DNA from: Eledone cirrhosa
Lineage: Eukaryota
DNA length: 64,000 nucleotides
NCBI GenBank assembly: GCA_964016885.1
Contig: OZ024742.1
Location: 325,066,001-325,130,000, forward strand
Direction of reading: 5' to 3'
Shown here one piece after another: positions 56,702-64,000 of the stretch (position 1 is its first letter; each line of letters opens with the position of its first letter). Position numbers and translations under genes: made by a program. The notes below the pieces were generated by a model, which worked only from the letters and a program-made list of their open reading frames with translations, was not told the DNA's origin and did no database searches.

Positions 56702-57860
56702 TGTGGAGCTGGTGTTGGTAGCAGGGTTTTCTTCTTGTTGAGTTGTGGACAAGCCGCCTTCAGGTGCCCTCTGCCTGCACAGATATGACAGGACTGCCTT
56801 CTCCCTCCACGCTAATGTTTATATACCCGTGGCCCTCTAATAGGATTCTGTCGGGTATTTGGGCAATACGTTCAGGCTTCATTTGCACTACAAGTTCTAT
56901 ACCTGTTCCACTGAACGCATTGCCTGTGGTTTTCCCAATGGAAATCACGTTGTCATTCGCTGGATCAATGAAGCCAGCTATGAGCCAGCAGTAGTCCACA
57001 TCTGGCATCATCGCATCCAGCCATATGCGCTGAGTTCTTTTACCCATATGAGATGGATAAAAGGTAAAATTTGTCGAACGAATCGGCGACAAAGCATATT
57101 TTTTTGCCGCTGATTCGTTCTTCATAATAATCGCTAGGCTTCCATACAGTCTGTCTCTTCTTATGAAAGTGGCTTCATTAAGTACTTCTGTAAGTACTGC
57201 TTTAATTTCTGCTTGTGTTGGTTGTTGAGGTTTTTTGAGATGTTGTTGATGGTGCGGAAAACGACCGTCCGACTTTCAATATCTTTGGTGAGTTCTTGGG
57301 GCATTTTTACCGATAAGGTTCCATTTTCCCCTTGAGTTATGTATTGTTTGGCGTTTTTTATTCTTTGTGCCACATCTGAAATATTTTCAGGTATATATGT
57401 TAAAGATTTCTTTGTTGTTTGTGCAAATGAAATATTATTGGTGTTGACTTTGTCGTCTGCTTTGCTTTCTGTTATGATGTTGTTTTCAAATGTTGTTTTT
57501 GTGTTTGTGGTATTAATATTGTCATGCAATTCTTTCAAATTTTTGTTGTTGTTGGAATCAATCGCCAGATTTGTGTTTTCGTCATTTTTCTCCGCAGATT
57601 CGTCTGTTTTTATTTTATTTTTTCTTTCCTTCTCTATGACGTTAGTTGGGAAGGAAGGGGGGGGGGGACTAAAACGTGCGAGCTTACAACTCTAACCGCT
57701 GTCCCCCCACCACTATTTTCGTTAGCTTCGTTTAACATTTCTGCCAGGCGATTGAAATTTTATGCCACAAAATTTTTAAAAACAGGTTTTTCACCCCTGG
57801 GAGGGGCGAAGATGAGCTGACCCACCGCCTGACAGTTCAGACGGGGGGGGGGGGGGGTCA
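56702..57860 (-). pseudogene. Decayed LINE ORF1 (gag-like) with CCHC zinc knuckle and putative 5' UTR
   Basis: IPDRILLEGHGYINISVEG, then a frameshift to RRQSCHICAGRGHLKAACP (C-x2-C-x4-H-x4-C); upstream ORF piece 57161-57538 is collinear. Confidence 0.72.
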
Positions 57861-58364
57861 AGCTACACAATAGTATCAAAATTAAAATTAAACTTACAAA
57901 ATTTCCGCAATAAATTGAAACAAAACTTCTGCGCGAAGTGAATTACGTCTACGCAGTAGAACAGACGACAGCTAGATTCTATAAATAGATAGATATATAG
58001 ATAGATAGATACACACACACAAACACACAAACACACATACGCACACACACACAAACACCGCACAAATACACACATATATTGAGTGAGTATGAAAGACCAA
58101 AAGTCATTATTGAAAGTCACTGGATTTCGGAAAGTACACACTATTTTCTATTGGAGAAGGTAAGATATTTTTCCGCCAAAAATTAATTGCACTGTTTTGA
58201 AACCAGTTATGTATTTTTTGAAAATGTAATTTATTCATTATAAAAATTAAATGATAGCATTCTATATGAAGGTTGGCCCCGTCAACTGGAAAACCAATAT
58301 TTTTAGACCTAGTACGCCACTATATATATATATATATATTATTAGGGTAAACATCGCTTTTCCT

Positions 58365-58485
<121 letters not shown>

Positions 58486-58490
58486 TATAT

Positions 58491-61160
58491 TGCCGGCGGC
58501 AACTTTAATTGTAACCTTAATTGTAGAGCTGATAAAACAACCGTTGAACGTAAAGTAGAACGGAAGTCGGGTAGAGGGAATAGGGATAGGTGTGGTGGGC
58601 CCGTGGTGGATATAGCCCCGGCTATCGAGAGTAATTCCAATAATTGCATGGAGGGGGGGCACCGCCCCGGAGACTTGGGACAGTTCCGAACACCACCTGG
58701 ACACCCCGGGGCATCATCGACCCACAGGCAGTTATCAATTCTAATAGACCAGTAGCAACCAAGGAGGCAGGTAACACTAATATAGATAATAAGAACAAGA
58801 GGCATCGGACTAGAAAAATCCTGTGGTACGGCCCCCCATACTCCACCGGCCTGACCAATAGTATAGCTAAGCTTTTCTTTAGGGCCTTAGACAAATGCTT
58901 CCCTGGATCACACAATACTATAAAATATTCAATGGGGGTGCCATCGGGCTGTCCTGCTCCACAGCCGGTGGCGTGGCTCAGAGTGTAGCTAGAATGAATT
59001 ATAGTAAACTTAGGTCAGCCCAGGGCGGGATGAGGCATGGCAGAACTAATGGCAATTCTATGCATGAACGGACTCATACGCATGAGGTGAGCCGGGACAC
59101 CCCAATCCCTGGAAGCTTACCCATAGAGCAGACAAGAACTGAGACCCGACACCAGAGGCACTGTGGTTCCTCAGGAACTACCCCGGTCGGTGGCAGAAAG
59201 TGTAATTGCAGGAACACCGCTGCTTGCCTTTTGTCTTGGAAATGCCTCACAAAAACATAGTCTACGACTGTAAGTTCTCCACTTTAGATAGAACGTTCAG
59301 GCATGTTGGGGCGACTGCCACTGAATTTAAGGATGGATGGTATAGTTGCCGCCATGCTCTTAATAGATTAGATAAAACAAGTGACAGCGCCCTTTCTGAA
59401 TTGGTCTGGAGGCTTGGACAACAGAATGTGGAACACTCCTTGTCCTCGTCCATGGTTTGCTCAGCCCGGCCATGTGGCGGCAGCGCAGGCGTTTGTAATT
59501 TGTGTGTAGGTGAGGCCTTTGATATAATTAGAGGCGGCCCTCTACTGATCAATGGGCGAGCGGGCTTTTTCGGTGCCTGCCAGCATAGGGCCTCGAAGGC
59601 CTTCCTCGGGATTTTTGGAAAGTAACCTACCACTAACGCCACCCTTTTTACCTTAGCCATAGAGTTCTCTCAATTAGCAAAAAATAGACAATCACACACT
59701 CAGGTAGTAGACAGCTAAGATCGTTTGCGCACTTACACATAGTGCTCGGTGTGTTTCTGTGGGGTTCTCACAGCTGGGTACACATTTACCATTACTTAAA
59801 TTACCTAGTTAGTGAATAGCTGGAACAGTTGCACACTCAGTTGGGAACGATTGCGCGCACTCAGCATTGGTTTGGAGTGCCCTGGCCATAGAGTTCTCTC
59901 AGTTAGTAAGTGGTTGGACGTGTTGCGCGTTCGGTTAGGAGCGACTACGCTCTTTATACATAGTTCTACACACAGTGCCCGTTTTCTTTGGACACTGAGT
60001 TCCCGCGGTTATGGCTAGTCACGATCTTATCACTGGGTTTTTGGTCTGCGATCCTCTAGCCATGGAGTGCTCAAAGTTGCTGAATGGACAATACTAAATA
60101 CACGCCATCAATGGGCCCATGACACTTACACACATCCCCGGGGTTTTGTTATTTTATTTTATTATATTTTATTTTTATTTTTGTGTTGGGTGGCGCACCT
60201 CCACCACTCAAACACTTGTCTTGAAAGCCCGGGGGCCCATGTGACGGGAGAACGCACACACTGACACCTTAACTCAGGTGCCCAACCCTGCATGGAGCCC
60301 TTGGTGGCCTGCGTGGTGGGTGCTTGCGCGCGCGGACGCGGGGACTCAGAATCTCGGCGGGACGGCGGCGCATGCAGAGTTCTATGCGGCCTGCTGCATG
60401 CTCTATGCATGGATGTGTATATACGAAGGCATGCACTGTTTGGACGATACGGATGTATTACCGTTCGGTGGATACACGTATGGCAGAACGTTGGGCGAAC
60501 TTGCGTGTGTAGTGTTGTGGTTGACCCAACTTTTCTGGTTTGCATCGTTAAAATTGAGATTTGACCAATGTGACATTTGTTGTTTTGTGGCCTAACTTTT
60601 GCTGCATACTATGGTGGTGTATATAGTTTTCCTCTGGCATTGCGTCGGTGTGTGTGGGTGTGTGTGTGTGCTCGCTTACACTGATTGTGACCGACCAAGA
60701 TTCTGCAGATTTGATGTTTGAATTAGACCTGTCCAGCGTCTTTTGCAGCTATTGAGAGATGGAGACTTGATGGATTTGTGGCCCTGACTGGGGACGATGG
60801 CGGTTGGCCCGGCTTGGCTGCTGGGTCTTCGTGTGCGGGCTGGGGCTATGGTGGATGAGCATCATTAGTTTTTCCTCCCTCATATCAAGGATTTGAAGAC
60901 ATTTCATTGCTCACCTAATGAGACCGCTGGTGGTCGATCATGACAGCACGATCGATCTATCTCTTATTGGGGCGTGTGTCATGATGAAGTTATTGGAGGT
61001 TTGTGCCATGCCTCCGGATCTTTGTTTTGATACAAATACTCCGCTCTACATCATTTAGCTGTCCCCATAAATGGAACTGGAGATATACAAAAGCGTGGAG
61101 AACTTAATATTGCTAACAAAAGTTTATTGGACCGTATGACACAACCAATAATACACCTTA
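58491..61160 (+). mobile_element. 5'-truncated Naiad-type PLE, A-to-G hypermutated
   Basis: Linker and GIY-YIG remnant, G-rich 3' region, degenerate hammerhead ctaatga gacc..ggtc gatc at 60915-60939, (TA)n flanks. Confidence 0.8.
58780..59625 (+). pseudogene. Naiad-type linker + GIY-YIG endonuclease, frameshifted
   Basis: RKILWY.PPYS, LDK.FP, YKIFN, CNCRNTAACLLSWKCL (CxC-x5-C-x5-C), NIVY, G.T...FK, CNLC..E, IN.R...C.H. Confidence 0.85.
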
Positions 61161-61211
<51 letters not shown>

Positions 61212-61213
<2 letters not shown>

Positions 61214-63740
61214 TGAAAAAGAACAAAGGAACTATTATGACATTAGAACGAGTTTATTGCCGACAGCCGTTTCGTCCAACCATATGGTGGGACTTTTCAA
61301 GGAATATAACATGTGATTGTAGGATCATTATTTACATCAACGTATCACTCAAGGCTAGCAGTTTGAAATTGTGGTATACATCATCAGCTCCGCTTGTATA
61401 GTTGGGGTCTATATTCTAAGGGGGCTCTTTTATATTAGTTGTCGGGGTCAGGGATTGAAGGTTAAAAATTAGATAATATATAAGTTAGATAATATATAAT
61501 TTACGCATTAACAGTAAACTAAAAGACTTGGGATCCCGTAGAAGCACCTTAAAAAATCCCTCAATAAGTGCATAAAGCTTACAGGCTCCAATAAGCCTAA
61601 TAAACTAGAAGAAATTAAGAGGCTAATAAAATAAAAAATGAAAAATAAAAATATAAAGTTTCCCTAAAAAATATAAAGTTTCCTATGAAATTCCTTCGAG
61701 AGAAAAAATTTTTTTTCCCAAAGAAAAAAACCTTCTTCCCCCGAGATCACGTTTACAACTTTCTGAAAACTTACGGAGTTTTGATATTCCCTACTAAGTT
61801 GAAAGAAACTAATCACTTAAAGGTTAATTCAAAGAGCCTTCTATAAATCTCTCAGAAAAGGCCCCTTTAATATTTTTAATAGGAACTTCCTCCGAAAGAC
61901 CCTTCGAAGAATTAAACTTTAGAGAGCCTTTAAGGATATATATAAAAACGAATTGAGGAAAATTATACATTAAAAGTTAAAAATTACGGTATTTGGGATA
62001 TCCGGGGAATTTTAAAAGGGCTGCTTCAACAGATACAACTTAGGCATAATAGATACAATAATTTAAGTAATTTAAGTAATTTAATTAGGGAGCAATTCAA
62101 AGAGTTTATCAAGTTGGGCAAGAAAGTGGTAAATAAGAAAATACATAAGCAAAAAGACAATAATTATAACATGTATTTTTAAGAAGGTATAATGTAGCTT
62201 CAGTAATCTAACAATGTATTATCACATAAAATTGTTGATACAGGATTAACAAAGACATAATAATATATAATATATTCCTGCCTAATTAACCAGTAATCAA
62301 TACACTATTAACAGTCAGGCAAAATTAGCTCAGGGATATCCCGCGCTCGGATACTTTACACACATACAGTAGCACATAGGATTAGCACAGACATAATGGT
62401 ATATTCCTGCCTAGTTAACAAACAATCAATTAACAATTGATGGTCAAGAAAATGTACTCAGGGATATCCCGCGCACAGATATTTACATACATACAACAGG
62501 ATGAACAGTACTGGTGACCGTGTGGGCGCGATATCCATTATGCGTATGTAGTCATCTGCATAGCTCCAGGCACTGTTGGTCTTGTTTAAAGTTCATAGTT
62601 CACGGATCAACTGGGATTCACTATCAGCTGCGTGGACTCTCTGGGAAATGTACCTGTGGATCTAATAGCTAGTGGTTGCTGGGTGTGGTCCGTTCGATCT
62701 TTTAGTTTCGGGCGTTGCACGCTTTTGCGATAGACCAGCCTGCCGGTTCTAAGTCCAAGGTCTCGCTACATAGGATGTATTGGTCTACATGCTATATTGG
62801 TAAAAAAACCAGTGTGGATTTGACTGGGGTGGTATATTACGAACTCCAAGCCCACACGCGACTGGTCAAAAGCGAATGGCTGTCCCCTCTTTGTTTGCTG
62901 TATGGGTCGGTTCCAGCTTAGATGGTGGTCGTGTTATCCATGTTCCGTCAGCCCTGTATATTCAAAACAGATCAGGGTATATATTTGCGGGTATGGTCCG
63001 GCGTCTACGCTATCCAAAGGGTCTCACTTGTGGTATTTTCAAGTTCGCATGTCATCTCCCGGTTAAGACTGCGCATGCTTCGGTGAATCTCGTGCGTGGA
63101 ATCTTGGGGTATCATATTACACGGGGTGACTAGCAGAGAATATATATTCTATGCTATCGCGAACGCGCTGGCCTGTGGCTACGACCTTGTCAAGTCTCGG
63201 GTAGTAGCAGACAGCAGGTAGACCAGCTAGACACACCCCTGTTCAAGGGGCACAACCCCTAACTTATCGAGTGGTCAGACTTCAAGGGAGTCAACTCTCC
63301 AAGCCCATTAAGTCGACTATGGTAAAATACAAAAAAATCCTATTAGTAAAGAACTAATCAGAACTAACTCAAATGATGTGAGTGGGGGGAGAGTGGGGGG
63401 GGGCATCTATTTGGGCGGGGGTTTACTTAAGGGAGGGGGTGAGGGTGAGTGGTTATAGGCGGGGAGCGGCCGCCATATTGGGTGTTTTGTTACTGTTTCC
63501 CTGGGCATGTTCTCGAGTTTGTTGACATACATCTCCGACGGCACCTTCCCAGATTAGTCAACGTGGGTCCAGGCACTCACAATGTCCTACACTGCAGGCA
63601 TCAGCTACCCCCAGGGTGCCCAGCAACAATGTTGCCACCAATCCCAGGTTGGCAGGTGGGACACAGGGTCGTCTGTTCCTCACCAGAGTCCTCATCGCCA
63701 ATCGGGGAGCCGAGGCATCTATGCGGCCGGGTTAGTTAGG
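61212..63740 (-). mobile_element. Long mostly non-coding PLE-type fragment with terminal hammerhead and an internal ~130-bp duplication
   Basis: Hammerhead at 61262-61300(-); repeat 62240-62505; (TA)n at both ends; single-element status is inferred. Confidence 0.55.
61262..61300 (-). ncRNA. Minimal hammerhead motif (U3-A8)
   Basis: cc TTGAAAA gtcc caccatatggtt ggac GAAAC GGCT GTC gg. Confidence 0.8.
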
Positions 63741-63750
63741 TTATAATATA

Positions 63751-63808
<58 letters not shown>

Positions 63809-63813
63809 TAATG

Positions 63814-63867
<54 letters not shown>

Positions 63868-63872
63868 CATTA

Positions 63873-63920
<48 letters not shown>

Positions 63921-64000
63921 AATATAATGCCAATCATTGTAAGTTTGAATCTAACTGACATGCCAAAACATATATATAGGAATAAGGTAACCCCAAATGA

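Overview
AT-rich, microsatellite-saturated eukaryotic non-genic DNA, most likely from a coleoid cephalopod (octopus-like); this is inferred from repeat content, not proven. I found no host exons, and nearly all ORF-track entries are microsatellite translations. The window is a graveyard of retroelements. It holds a 5'-truncated Neptune-type Penelope-like element (PLE) with RT, GIY-YIG and inverted terminal repeats (30.3-35.0 kb), several Naiad-type and Neptune-type PLE 3' fragments, and a near full-length decayed RTE LINE with an 8-bp TSD (39.7-43.0 kb). There are also LINE RT/ORF1 fragments, tRNA-derived SINEs and many fold-back structures bounded by (TA)n. About ten minimal hammerhead-ribozyme motifs mark PLE ends, many with a U3-A8 compensatory core. 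Two signals stand out. (1) Several PLE copies carry dense A-to-G substitution clusters, as expected if ADAR-hyperedited RNA was reverse-transcribed into the genome. (2) A ~530-630 nt non-coding repeat family (7.1-7.7 kb; tandem at 55.4-56.7 kb) has a conserved ~100-nt block containing all hammerhead core nucleotides in a non-standard, pseudoknotted connectivity with a canonical k-turn.
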